Below are positions 1-11,073 of a stretch of DNA of 33,813 nucleotides, piece by piece (within the stretch, counting starts at the first letter, position 1; each line of letters opens with the position of its first letter). The stretch comes from Chiloscyllium plagiosum (lineage: Eukaryota): assembly GCF_004010195.1 (NCBI RefSeq), contig NC_057753.1, forward strand, positions 1,477,420 to 1,511,232, written 5' to 3'. The translations under genes were made by a program, and so were the position numbers. The notes under the pieces were generated by a model, which had not been told where the DNA came from, made no database searches, and saw only the letters and a list, made by a program, of their open reading frames with translations.

Positions 1-233
1 TGGAGTTTGCACGTTCTCCCCGTGTCTGCGTGGGTTTCCTCCGGGTGCTCCGGTTTCCTCCCACAGTCCAAAGATGTGCAGTTCAGGTGAACTGGCCATG
101 CTAAATTGCCCGTAGTGTTAGGTAAGGGGTAAACGTAAGGGTATGGGTGGGTTGCGCTTCGGCGGGGCGGTGTGGACTTGTTGGGCCGAAGGGCCTGTTT
201 CCACACTGTAAGTAATCTAATCTAATCTAATCT
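1..233 (+). mobile_element. HE1-type V-SINE, 5' part outside window
   Basis: V-domain (TGGAGTTTGCACGTTCTCCCCGTGTCTGCGTGGGTTTCCTCCGGGTGCTCCGGTTTCCTCCCACA), CR1-like 3' end GGGCCGAAGGGCCTGTTTCC and (TAATC)n tail. Confidence 0.9.
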
Positions 234-375
234 ACGAAGAGGCAGGCATAGCTGGGGCCCATGCGGATGCCCATGGCTACTCCTTTGGTTTGGAGGAAGT
301 GGGAGGATTGGAAAGAGAAGTTGTTCAGAGTGAGGACCAGTTCAGTTAGTCGAAGGAGGGTGTCAGTGGTTGGTA
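234..375 (-). mobile_element. Penelope-like element, reverse transcriptase fragment (inverted)
   Basis: Minus strand reads PTTDTLLRLTELVLTLNNFSFQSSHFLQTKGVAMGIRMGPSYACLFV, typical of PLE RT (G-x-A-M-G motif). Confidence 0.85.
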
Positions 376-725
376 CGGTGGCCACCTCTATATTGGGGAG
401 ACAGGCCGCCTACTTGCGGAACGTTTCAGAGAACACCTCTGGGACACCCAGACCAACCAACCCAACCACCCCGTGGCTCGACACTTCAACTCCCCCTCCC
501 ACTCCATCAAGGACATGCAGGTCCTTGGACTCCTCCATCGCCAGACCATAGCAACACAAAGGAAGAGCGTCTCATCTTCTGCCTAGGAACCCTCCAACCA
601 CAAGGGATGAACTCAGATTTCTCCAGTTTCCTCATTTCCCCTCCCCCCACCTTGTCTCAGTCCCAACCCTCGAACTCAGCACCACCTTCCTAACCTGCAA
701 TCTTCTTCCTGACCTCTCTGCCTCT
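376..725 (+). mobile_element. Penelope-like element, GIY-YIG endonuclease fragment and 3' region
   Basis: Reads GGHLYIGETGRLLAERFREHLWDT (YIG motif, R-x-x-E-H), then frameshifted EERLIFCLGTLQPQGMN C-terminus. Confidence 0.85.
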
Positions 726-1249
726 GAATTGGCTGGGTTTGGTACAGAGATGAAAGGGTATTGGGAGGCCTTTTTGTTTATACGATAACAGATGAGCTTT
801 TATGCTTTAGAAGTGACCTGTATAATGAAAGGGGAGTGGTCAATCCTAGAAGCTGAAGTTAAGTTCGAGTCAGTTCAGCAGTGGGCTTTATGCAAACAGG
901 CTGCTAGATTCTCTCTCCTTATGCCCCTCTAATTTCAACCTGTAAGTTTTGTTTCATTCTTTGCTCTGTGTTTAAGGGGTTTGTTTATTGGGACCGTTGT
1001 CTATATTCGGAACAGCATAATTAAGTCTAGTTTGAGGTAGTCTGAATTCTGAGGGTATTCTATATTCTGTTTTTTTGTGTTTCATTCTATAATTGTGTGA
1101 ATTTTTTTTTCTGTTTTAAAACCTGGTAGTCAACTGAGCTAACTTACTCCGGTTAGTTTTCACTGTACACTTACTGAAAGAAATTGCAAAGTTACGGTCT
1201 GGGCTGCCTGCTTAAGAATGTTTTGAATGGTCTGGCCGAGTCCATAACA
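726..1249 (+). repeat. Possible partial solo LTR
   Basis: Non-coding T-rich block ending in ...CATAACA, like the LTR-like end at 16887. No 5' TG or TSD seen. Confidence 0.3.
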
Positions 1250-1424
1250 CTCCATCATCACCAAGACCGTCTAAGGCCATCCCAGGAACATTATCTAATT
1301 CCTCCTGAGTTTCAATATATCTGCTGCTGAAACGTTTATCCATTTCTTTGTCACCTCTAGACTTGACAATCCTAGCCATACTCCCGCCCTGTAGTCTTGA
1401 GGTCATTCAAACCTCTGTAGTGTA

Positions 1425-2078
1425 CATGAGCAGAGAGATCTCGGTGTCCACGTACATAGATCCCTGAAAGTTGCCACTCAGGTTGATAGGGTTGTTAAGA
1501 CGTCATACAGTGTGTTAGCTTTTATTGGTGGAGGGATTGCGTTTCGGAGCCACAAGGTCATGCTGCAGCTGTACAACACTCTGGTGTGGTCACACTTGGA
1601 GTATTGTGTACAGTTCTGGTCCCTGCATTATAGGAAGGATGTGGAAGCACTGGAAAGGGTGCAGAGGAGATTTACCAGGACGTTGCCTGATCTGGAGGGA
1701 AGGTCTTAGGAGGAAAGGCTGAGGGAACTGAGGCTGTTTTCATTAGAGAGAAGGTTGAGAGATGACTTTAAAGAGACATATAAGATTATCAGAGGATTAG
1801 ATAGGGTGGACAGTGAGAGCCTTTTCCCTTGGATGGTGATGGCTAGCATGAGGGGACATAGCTTTAAATTGAGGGGTGATAGCTATAGGACAGATGTTAG
1901 AGATAGCTTCTTTACTCAGAGCTATGAGAGCATTGAGTGCCTTGCCTGTAACAGAAGTAGACTCACCAACTTTAAGGGCATTTAAATGGTCATTGGATTG
2001 GCATATGGATGAGAATGGAATAGCGTAGGTTAGACGGGCTTCGGATTGGGTTCACAGGTTGGCGCAACATCGAGGGCT
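1425..2078 (+). mobile_element. CR1 LINE 3' fragment
   Basis: MLQLYNTLVWSHLEYCVQFWSLHYRKDVEALERVQRRFTR (CR1 ORF2 C-terminus), with stops and frameshifts. Confidence 0.9.
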
Positions 2079-2134
2079 CCAGGGAAAACAGCCTATTCAG
2101 CCTCTCGCTATAGCTCAAACCCTGGCAACATCTA

Positions 2135-2298
2135 TGCGCAATTTAGCTTAGCAGATCCACCTAAGTTGCAGATCTTTAGACTATGGGATGAAACCAGAGC
2201 ACTGGGAGGGAACCCACGCAGAACATGTGAACTCCACACAGTCACCCGAGGCTGGTGCTGTGAGGCAGCAGTGCTAACCACTGAGCCACCGTGCCACA
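2135..2298 (-). mobile_element. HE1-type V-SINE fragment
   Basis: Reverse complement of tRNA-like head GGCACGGTGGCTCAGTGGTTAGCACTGCTGCCTCACAGC plus V-domain. Confidence 0.85.
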
Positions 2299-2309
2299 TG
2301 TAGCTACGC

Positions 2310-3036
2310 TGGGATCCACGGTGACCTGGCTGCATGGATTCAGAATTGGCTTGTGAGAAGAAGGCAGAGGGTAGTGGTGGAAGGGTGTTTTTCTAACTGG
2401 GTGTCCATGACTAGTGATGTTCTGCAAGGATCCATACTGGGACCCCTATTGTTTGTGATATATATAAATGACTCAGATAAATATGTAGATGGCGGTTAGT
2501 AAGTTTGCAGTCGATACAAATACCTGATGAAGGAGCAGTGCTCCAAAAGCTAGTGCTTCCAAATAAACCTGTTGGACTATAACCTGGTGTTGTGTGATTT
2601 TTAACTTTGTATACCCCAGTCCAACACCAGCACCTCTAAATCATCAATGCAAATATTGGTGGAGTTGTGGATAGTGTCGAAGGTTGTCACAGGATGCAGC
2701 GGGATATGGGCGGAGAAATGGCAGATGGAGTTTAATCCGGGTAAGTGTGAGGTGCTGTACTTTATGAGATCAAATGTTAAAGTATGCAGATAATGGCAGG
2801 ACTCTGAACAGCATTGATGTACAGAAGGATCTTGGGGTTCAAGCCCATAGTTCCCTGAAAGTGGCTACAGAATTAGACAGGGTGGTAAAGGTGGCATATG
2901 GCATACTTGCTTTTGTTGTTCGGGAATAGAATACAAGGGTCAGGATGCCACATTGCAGTTTTATAAAACTAAGGTTGGGCCGCACCTAGAATATTGCATT
3001 CAATTCTGGTCGCCACATTACAGGAAGGATGTGGAG
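2310..3036 (+). mobile_element. CR1 LINE ORF2 fragment, host of nested insertions
   Basis: GIHGDLAAWIQNWL..RRQRVVVEG, PLLFVIYINDSD, and HLEYCIQFWSPHYRKDVE. Confidence 0.88.
2523..2643 (+). mobile_element. Short hammerhead-bearing PLE-terminus element, family B
   Basis: CTGATGA-A-GGAGC-AGT-GCTCC-AAAAGCTA (G12 mutated). Inserted in CR1 with degenerate TSD TCGATACAAATA (2511-2522) / TCAATGCAAATA (2644-2655). Confidence 0.75.
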
Positions 3037-3037
3037 T

Positions 3038-3392
3038 TTAGAGTCATAGAGATGTACAGCACGGAAACAGACCCTTCGGTCCAACCCGTCCATGCCAACC
3101 AGATATCCCAACCCAAACTAGTCCCACCTGCCAGCACCTGGCCCATATCCCTCCAAACCCTTCCTATTCATATACCCATCCAAATGCCTCTTAAATGTTG
3201 GAATTGTACCAGCCTCCACCACTTCCGCTGATAGCTCATTCCATACATGTACCACCCTCTGCATGAAAAACGTGCCCCCTCAATCTCTTTTATATCTTTC
3301 CCCTCTCACCCTAAACCTATGCCCTCTAGTTCCGGACTCCCCCAATCCAGGGAAAAGACCTTGTCTATTTACCTCATCCATGCTCCTCATGA
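3038..3392 (-). mobile_element. CR1/HER1 3' end
   Basis: Reverse complement of the 3' end seen at 9105-9507. Confidence 0.9.
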
Positions 3393-3589
3393 TATTAGTG
3401 ATCCACTCCTAATGCATTCTACCTCTTGGAAGGAATGATTAGCTTCATCTCAGCCTCTTACTACCTTGCATTATGGTGGGAAAAGATTTATTGAGATTGC
3501 TGATGCAGGAAGTGCTAATAATCGAATGGTCAGAACCAGGGTAGTGCCCAACATTGTACAACTAAAATAAAAAGGTGCTTATGATCGTT

Positions 3590-3829
3590 AAGAGGAGAGG
3601 GTTTATCAAGATGCTGCCTGGATTAGAGAATAAGAGGTAAAACAGGGACTAGGAAAACTCGGGTTGTTTTGTCTGGAGCAGTGGAGGCTGACGGGAGACT
3701 TGATAGAAGTCTATAAAATTATGAGATGCATAGATAGGGTTGACGATCAGAATCTTTTATCCAAGACTATCTAAGACTAGAGTGCATGCATTTAGGGTGA
3801 GAGAGGGACAGTTCAAATGGATGCGAAGG
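3590..3829 (+). mobile_element. CR1 continuation of the 2310-3036 element
   Basis: Resumes with R.FIKMLPGLE and LEQWRLTGDLIEVYKIMR. Confidence 0.8.
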
Positions 3830-4321
3830 TACGCACCTCCTGACACCCCAAAGTCTATCCACCATCTACAAGGCACAAGTCAGGAGTGGGGTGGAACACT
3901 CCCCACTTGCCTGGATGGGTGCAGCCATTCAATCTCTCCACCACCGGGGCTCAGTAGCAGCAGTGTGTACTATCTACAAGATGCACTGCTAAAATTCACT
4001 TAAGATCCTTAGACAGCCCCTTCCAAACCCACGACCACTTCCATCTAGAAGGGCAGCAGTTACTTGGGAACACCACCACCTGCAAGTTCCCCTCCCAAGC
4101 CACTCACCATCCTGACTTGGAAATATACCGCTGTTCCTTCACAGTCGTTGGGTCAAAATTCTGGAATTCCTTCCCTACCAGCATTGTGGGTCAACTCACA
4201 GCAAGTGGACTGCAGTGATTCAAAAAGGCAGCTCACCACCACCTTCTCAAGGGCAAATAGGGATGGGCTGTCAATGCTGGCCAGCCAGCGACACTCATGT
4301 CTCACAAATAAATAAAAAAAA
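3830..4321 (+). mobile_element. Second CR1-group LINE family, 3' end with A-rich tail
   Basis: LLTPQSLSTIYKAQVRSGVEHSPLAWMGAA. Homologous to the minus copy at 18480-18990. Ends AAATAAATAAAAAAA. Confidence 0.8.
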
Positions 4322-4451
4322 TGAGGGGCAAGTTTTTTACATAGAGAGTGGTTGATGTCTGGAATGCGCTGCGGGGATGAAGGCAGTTATGATAGGGGCA
4401 TTTAACAGTCTTTTAGATAACCACATGAACGTGCAGCAAATAGAATGATAT

Positions 4452-5005
4452 CCCATCGGAAGGATGTTGTGAAACTTGAAAGTGTTCGGAAAAGATTTAC
4501 AAGGATGTTGCCAGGTTTGGAGGGTTTGAGCTATACGGAGAGGCTGAGCAGGCTGTGCTGTTTTCCCTGGAGTGTCGAAGGCCGAGGGGTGACCTTATAG
4601 AGGTTTATAAAATCATGAGGGGCATGGATAGGATAAATAGACAACGTCTTTTCCCTGGGGTGGGGGAGTCCAGAATGAAAGGGCATAGATTGAGGGTGAG
4701 AGGAAAAAGATATAAAAGGGACCTAAGGGGCAATGTTTTCACGCAGCGGGTGGTGCACATATAAAATGAGTTGCCAGAGGAAATGGTGGAGGCTGGTGCA
4801 ATTGCAACATCTAAAAGGCATCTGGATGGGTATATGACTAGGAAGGGTATATGACTAGGAAGGGTATATGACTAGGAAGGGTTGAGAGGAATATGGGCCA
4901 AGTGCTGGCGAATGGGACTAGATTAGGTTAGGATATCTGGTCGGCATGGATGAGTTTAGCTGAAGGGTCTGTTTCTGAGGTGTACATCTCTATGACTTGA
5001 TGATT
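4452..5005 (+). mobile_element. CR1/HER1 3' fragment nested in older CR1
   Basis: RKDVVKLESVRKRFTRMLPGL..GDLIEVYKIMRGMDR and canonical 3' tail. Host CR1 tail resumes 5008-5112. Confidence 0.9.
4828..4881. repeat. 17-bp tandem repeat x3 (GGGTATATGACTAGGAA)
   Basis: Three consecutive identical units inside CR1. Confidence 0.95.
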
Positions 5006-6076
5006 CTAGGACCAAGGGCAGGTAGAAAGAATCAATTTATTTTGGCGTCATGTTCAGCACGACACCCTGGGCCAAAGGGCCTGTTCTCGTGCTGTAACTG
5101 TTCTATGTTCTAAATGGGATAACTAATCCTTTTCTGCATGCAATTAGTGAATGTGGTTGGACCCGAGAGTTTCCAACTCAGATCAGATTTACAAAGTTTA
5201 TATAATAAGTTCCACACTCTCCACATTTCCTGGTTGATCAAAAGGAAATTAGGGACAGATGCTGGAAATATTAAACAAACATGGAAAATTCTGTCAATAC
5301 ACTATAATTGAGCAACCTTCAGATGAATTAGTATTTATTAATTTATATAATTTGGGTATCTCTGACTGGGCTAGCATTTTGTCAATTTCTAGCTGATAGG
5401 GATTCTTGAATCCCTTCACACATTTCCATGGTTTGTCCCTGTTGTGACTGTGTTTATGTCCTGACAAACCAGATAGTCTAATGAAGCCTTGACCACACTA
5501 ATATGGGAATGGTTTCTCCCCACTGTCAATGGTGCTACATCATCCATGATTATATTCAGGTTATCATTAACTGTGTGACTCCATCAGATGCTAATGTGAT
5601 GTTTGGTTTCAGTTTCCCAACTGTAAATCGTCCCTCTCCCCAATACCCTTTGAAATCAACGTTAAAAAGAAATCAATAGAGTGACAAAGAATAAAATATA
5701 AAGTATTGTGAAATTGAAGTGATAACTTGCAGGGCAGGAACGAGGAAATAGTGTCCCTGAAAACTGCTGAATTGTCATAAAACTGGTTGCCTGTTATCCA
5801 TCAGGGAAGAGAACCTGCTACCTGGTCTGGACAAACACAAGACTCTGGTGGAAGAACAGAGAAAGAGACAGGGGTGAAGGAGAAAGATGTTATCTATCTG
5901 CAACTTGAATAGAATTCTGACAGAATCTCTGAAACTCCCAACCTCCACCACGGTGAAGGGCCAGGTTGGCAGGTGGAGGTGAACACCATCACCTCCAACT
6001 TCCTTCCCAGTCACACACCTTCCTGGCTTCTCAGATACCTACTACAGGATGTACACAAACTTCTTCCATTTAAGTA

Positions 6077-6410
6077 TTGGTTTATAAAATCATGAGGGGA
6101 ATGGATAATGTTAATAACAAAGGTCTATTCCTCAGGGTAGGAGAGTCCAAAACTAAAGGGCATACGTTTAAGGTGAGAGGAGAAAGGTATAAAAGGAACT
6201 TGAGGGACAACTTTTTCAGAGAGGGTGTGGTGGAGGCGGGTACAATTACAACACTTAAAAGACATCGAGTCGGGTACATGGATAGGAAAGGTTTAGAAGG
6301 ATGTGGGCCAGATGTGGGCAAATCAGACTAGTTTAGTTTGGGAAACCTGGTCAGCATGAATGAGATGGGCCGAAGGGGCTTGTTCCTTTATGTATGACAC
6401 TGTCTCTCTA
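6077..6410 (+). mobile_element. CR1/HER1 3' fragment with internal deletion
   Basis: VYKIMRGMD..GHTFKVRGERYKRNLRDNFF..VVEAGTITTLKRH. Confidence 0.88.
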
Positions 6411-6779
6411 TTGAGAAGATTGAAGCCATTGTGTTAAGTTCCTTCTACAAACTCCACTCCCTCCAAGGAATGAGGAAGTTTAATTGTGAGGCAGGTTCAC
6501 TGAAACTAGGGCTTGTTCTCTTATTGAACAATTAATGACAGTGTTAAATAACCAGTGCAGCTACAACACCAGCCACAATTAAATCAATGTAACAGTGCTA
6601 GCTGACTCTTGCCCTCATTCCTGCCCTTCATTGAAGTCTGGACAAAGCAGCTGAACTTGGCATCATGGCTTTCAGGTCAGTGTGTACAGATGTGACTTCA
6701 GATCAACAGTGAAGGAGATACAGATTCAAGGATGTTTTGTTGCCTGTCCCCACTGCGCTCCACATTCCTTCTTTACAAA

Positions 6780-7370
6780 TAACCACAGAGCGGCCTCCCG
6801 ACATACCTTGATTGAACCTGCCTCCACCAAACCCTCAGTCCATTCATTCCAAGTACATAGCTGTCGCTATTTAAAAATGTTCTCCACCTATCATTTTTGA
6901 TCCTTTTACAAATTACTTACATTCTTGAGCTGTTCTCAATTGTCTCATGATTGGGGACATTTGCCCCCTAATGATTCTGTTCAGCTCTCTCGTGATTTTG
7001 AATCAGATCTACTCTTGGCTTTCTTGCGTCCATTGCAAACAGTCTTAACTTCTCCAATCTATCTTCAAAACTGAAATTCTTCATCGCTGAGCCAGTTCAC
7101 ATGAACCTTCTCTGTACTTTCACCACTCCCATCACAACCGTCCGAAGGTGTGGTGCTCAGAACTGGAAATAGAACTTCAGCTGATAGCAAACGTCTGTCT
7201 TCAATACCACCTCCTTGCTCTGGCCACTAATAATAACACCTCAGATATTTTATGTTTTATTAACGCTGCTCCTTTAAAGTTGTACCCTTTATCTGCATGT
7301 TCATCCCCCCAATATTTATGACCTGATACTTCTCCACATCAAACTTCATCTACTTCTGATCCATTCGCCT
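6780..7370 (-). mobile_element. Old degraded CR1
   Basis: Reverse strand QLKFYFQF.APH-like motif near 7150-7185 and GTGGAGGCAGGTTCAATC near 6810-6830. Confidence 0.6.
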
Positions 7371-7388
7371 GACTAACCTAGCTAGTTG

Positions 7389-7475
7389 AAAATGTGTTGC
7401 TGGAAAAGCGCAGCAGGTCAGGCAGCATCCAAGGAACAGGAGAATCGACGTTTCGGGCATAAGCCCTTCTTCAGG
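7389..7475 (-). mobile_element. Short hammerhead-bearing element, family A (intact core)
   Basis: Minus strand CCTGAAGAAGGGCTTATGCCCGAAACGTCGA. TSD AACCTAGCTAGTTG (7375-7388) / AACCTCGCTAGTTG (7476-7489). Confidence 0.85.
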
Positions 7476-7499
7476 AACCTCGCTAGTTGCTTTTTTTAA

Positions 7500-7610
7500 A
7501 TAAAATCCCTACCATGTGGAAATTGGCCATTTGCCCAAGTCAAAACCGACACTCTGAAGAGTATTCCATCCAAACCCATTCCCCTATCCTATATTTCTCC
7601 TGACTACGGC
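7500..7610 (-). mobile_element. HE1 SINE 3' tail fragment
   Basis: Similar to the reverse complement of 11330-11415. Confidence 0.6.
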
Positions 7611-7612
7611 AC

Positions 7613-8558
7613 ACTGAGCCTCTTGCTGAGATATTTGTATCGTCGATAGTCACAGGTGAGGTGCCGGAAGACTGGAGGTTGGCAAATGTGGTGCCACTGT
7701 TTAAGAAGGGTGGTAAGGACAAGCCAGGGAACTGTAAACCAGTGAACCTGACGTCAGTGGTGGGCAAGTTGTTGGAGGGAATCCTGAGGGACAGGATGTA
7801 CATGTATTTGGAAAGGCAAGGACTGATTAGGGATAGTCAACATGGCTTTGTGTGTGGGAAATCATGTCTCTCAAACTTGATTGAGTTTTTTGAAAAAGAG
7901 GATTGATGACGGCAGGGCGGTGGATGTGATATATGTGGACTTCAGTAAGGCGTTCGACAAGGATCCCCATGGGAGATCGATTAGCAAGGTTAGATCTCAT
8001 TGAATACAGGGAAAACTAGCCATTTGGTTACAGAACTGGCTCAAAGGTAGAAAACAAAGGGTGGTGGTGGAGGGTTGTTTTTCAGACTGGAGGCCTGTGA
8101 CCAGTGGAGTGCCACAAGGATAGGTGCTGGGTCCTCTACTTTTTGTCATTTACGTAAATGATTTGGATGCGAGCATAAGGGGTACAGTTAGTAAGTTTGT
8201 GGATGACACCAAAATTAGAGGTGTAGTGGACAGCGAAGAGGGTTACCTCAGATTACAACAGGATCTTGACCAAATGAGCCAATGAGCTGAGAAGTGGCAG
8301 ATGGAGTTTAATTCAGATAAATGTGAGGTGCTGCATTTGGGAAAGCAAATCTTAGCAGGATTTATACACTTAATGGTAAGATCCGAGGGAATGTTGCTGA
8401 ACAAAGAGACCTTGGAGTGCAGGCTCATAGCACCTTAAAATGAATAGGAAGGGTTTGGAGGGATATGGGCCGGGTGCTGGCAGGTGGGACTAGTTTGGGT
8501 TGGGATATCTGGTCGGCATGGAGCGGTTGGACCGAAGGGTCTATGACTCTGACTCTAT
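7613..8558 (+). mobile_element. CR1 ORF2 RT fragment joined by deletion to its 3' tail
   Basis: PEDWRLANVVPLFKKG..QHGF..DFSKAFDK..SGVPQG..SKFVDDTK, with stops. Jumps to 3' tail at about 8440. Confidence 0.93.
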
Positions 8559-8979
8559 TTGGTTTCTGGAGCTTTTTCCTTATTATCTTCTAAACGGATC
8601 TAGATCAAACACATGGATTTTCCAAATGCTCAGCTTCCAGCAGTTTCCTGTTACAGGATGCTTGTCTCTTCAGCTACTCTAGATGTTTTTCCATTTCCCC
8701 AGGCCCTGACTTTTCAGAGACTGCTAAACAAACAGTACCTTTATGCTCTGATTGAACTTGCACACACTGCCAGTCTTTCTGGGATGGTTCTGTCTTTTGT
8801 GATACTGGATTCCCGCAGCGAGGCAACGAATCCTCTTCTGCCCTTTTCTAATGCACTGAAAAATTCTGAAGGAATTTAAGGACTTTATTTAGATGCATGT
8901 CAACAAAACATCAAACCTAGAATCAAAGGTAAACGGGAATGTAGAGTTGATGTTGCGGTTAATTTGACTTTGTTCCTAC

Positions 8980-9111
8980 TGTTATGAAGATGTGGGTGTA
9001 CCTTTTAAGAGAGTTAAAAGCAGCAGAACCACTGGACACAGCACCAAGTGTTCTCAATAAGGCAACAATGTTATACTGGGTCGAACAACTCGATTAGTTC
9101 GTTGCCTGGAG
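8980..9111 (+). mobile_element. 5' part of LTR-like repeat
   Basis: Starts TGTTATGAAGATGTG. Alignable to 16246-16376 (CTTTTAAGAGA..GTTGCCTGGAG). Confidence 0.6.
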
Positions 9112-9507
9112 CGTCGGAGGCTGGGGGGTGATCTTATAGGGGTTTACAAAATTATGAGGGGCATGGATAGGTAAATAGGCAAAGTCGTTTCCCTACGGTC
9201 GGGGAGACCAGAACTAGAGGGCGTAGGTTTAAGGTGAGAGGGGAAAGATTTGAAAGAATCCTAAGGGGCAACTTTTTCACACAGAGGGTGGTACGTGTAT
9301 GGAATGAGCTGCCAGAGGAAGTGGTGGAGGCTGGTACAATTGCAACATTTAAGAGGCATTTGGATGGGTATATGAATAGGAAGGGTTTGGAGGGATATAG
9401 GCCATGTGCTGGCAAGTGGGACTAGATTGGATTGAGATATCTGGTCGGCATGGACGTGTTGGACCGAAAGGTCTGTTTCCATGCTGTACGTCTCTATGAC
9501 TCTATGA
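9105..9507 (+). mobile_element. CR1/HER1 3' end
   Basis: RGNFFTQRVVRVWNELPEEVVEAGTIATFKRHLDGYMNRKGLEGY and (CTATGACT)n tail. Confidence 0.93.
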
Positions 9508-9720
9508 CCTAACCTACACATCCCTGAACACTACGGGCAGTTTAGCTTGGCCAATTCACCTTAACCTGCACATCTTTGGACTGCGAGAGGAAACCGGAAC
9601 ACCCAGAGGAAACCAACACAGACACTGGGAGAATGTGCAAACTCTACATAGGCAGTCGCCCAAAGCTGGAATCGAACTCAGGTCCCTAGCGCTGTGAGGC
9701 AGCACTGAGCCACCATATCA
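9508..9720 (-). mobile_element. HE1-type V-SINE
   Basis: Reverse complement of head and V-domain. Confidence 0.85.
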
Positions 9721-10058
9721 CCAATGAAGTTTCCACATTATCCTCATAATCTACTTTGCTTCATGTAATCCACATATTTTAAAATTGGCCCCGTATGCCA
9801 ATGTTTATATCATTAATATTGTGAAAATCAAGATTCCCAGGAATGAAACCAAGGCGACTCCAGCTAGATCCCATTTGTCAACCAGAAATTTATCTACGAG
9901 CCAGTACTCTGTTTCCTTTCACTCAGCCATTCTATACTTTTTCCCCCAATGAACTTAAACTTTGATCACAGGTCTGTTGTGGGACACTGGGTCACAAGCC
10001 TTCTGGAAGTCTTGGTCCACGTCAACAACTCAACCCCTTGTGCTCAAACCCCCTCAGA

Positions 10059-10247
10059 TATGGAGACGCCGGTGTTGGGCTGGGGTGGACAAAGTTAAAC
10101 ATCACACAAAACCAGGTTAGCGTTCAACAGGTTTATTTGGGAGCACTGTTCCTGCTAGCTGCCTGACGAAAGAGCAAGTGCTGTGAAAGCTAATAGTTCC
10201 AAATAAACCCATTGGACTATAACCTGGTGTTGTGTAATTTTTAGCTT
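10059..10247. mobile_element. Inverted pair of family B PLE-terminus sequences
   Basis: Minus copy 10059-10148 and plus copy 10161-10247 (CTGACGA...GAAAGCTA). Flanked by AACCCCCTCA at 10047-10056 and 10252-10261. Confidence 0.75.
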
Positions 10248-10408
10248 GGCCAACCCCCTCAAGCTCAACTGTTTATACTGCTCTTACTTAAGCCACTGTG
10301 AATGGTCCATACACTTTGCTTGCTATCTATGGATTCAGTCATTCTATACCTTGGTCTCACACCATGGTTCTTAATGGGAGGGGGGAGAAAAAGATGTAGT
10401 TTTGTTTT

Positions 10409-10765
10409 ATGATTTGGAGGTGCCGGTTTTGGAATGAGGTGAACAAAGTTACAAATTACACAACACCAGGTTATAGTCCAACAGGTTTATTTGGAAGAAC
10501 TGGCTTTCAGAGCGCTGCTTCTTCATCAGGTAACTATTCGGGCAGGATCGTAAGACACAGAATGTACAGCAAAAGATCACAGTGTATCATTTTAGTTGTA
10601 TGACACTATGATCTTGTGCTATAAGTTCTGTACCTTATGACCCTGCCCCACTAGTTACCTGATGAACGAGCTCTGAAAACTCATGCTTCCAAATAAACCT
10701 GTCACACTATAACCTGGTGTTGTGTGATTTTTAACTTTGTCCACCCCAGTCCAACACCTCCACAT
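10409..10765. mobile_element. Long imperfect palindrome of family B PLE termini
   Basis: Arms 10409-10589 (minus) and 10600-10765 (plus), each with a CTGATGA..GAAA core and AAATAAACCTGT..ACTATAACCTGGTGTTGTG. Confidence 0.85.
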
Positions 10766-10855
10766 GAAGGGAGGATTGACAAATCAAGCCAAGCCAAGTA
10801 GTGTTTTGTGGATTTCTGTCCCAGACTGACAGCGATGAGCTTTATAAACCAACAG

Positions 10856-11020
10856 GGTGGTGGAAGCAGAGGATTGATGGATCAGAAACTCAAAGCAAAT
10901 ATAACATCAATGTCTGTGAGAATCACTCAATGCATCAGGGCCTAAATCTGAACGTCAAAGGAAACAGATTTTGTTGTTCTGTCTGTGGGAGAAGATGTGC
11001 CGTAACAGTGTGACTGCACT
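10856..11020 (+). pseudogene. 5' remnant of a C2H2-ZNF exon
   Basis: Acceptor CAACAG at 10855. Sequence resembles exon starts at 22663 and 21631. Ends in a broken finger FCCSVCGRRCAVTV*. Confidence 0.6.
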
Positions 11021-11073
11021 GAAATACCACAAAGTCTGGTCAAAGCATATCTAGAGAATTGTGTTCTGTTCTG

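Noticed and set aside
261..693. Track ORFs 261-551 and 370-693 as host genes
   Set aside because: They are alternative or partial frames across Penelope fragments
4828..4881. Direct repeats as a CRISPR-like or functional array
   Set aside because: No spacers. Simple slippage triplication of CR1 sequence
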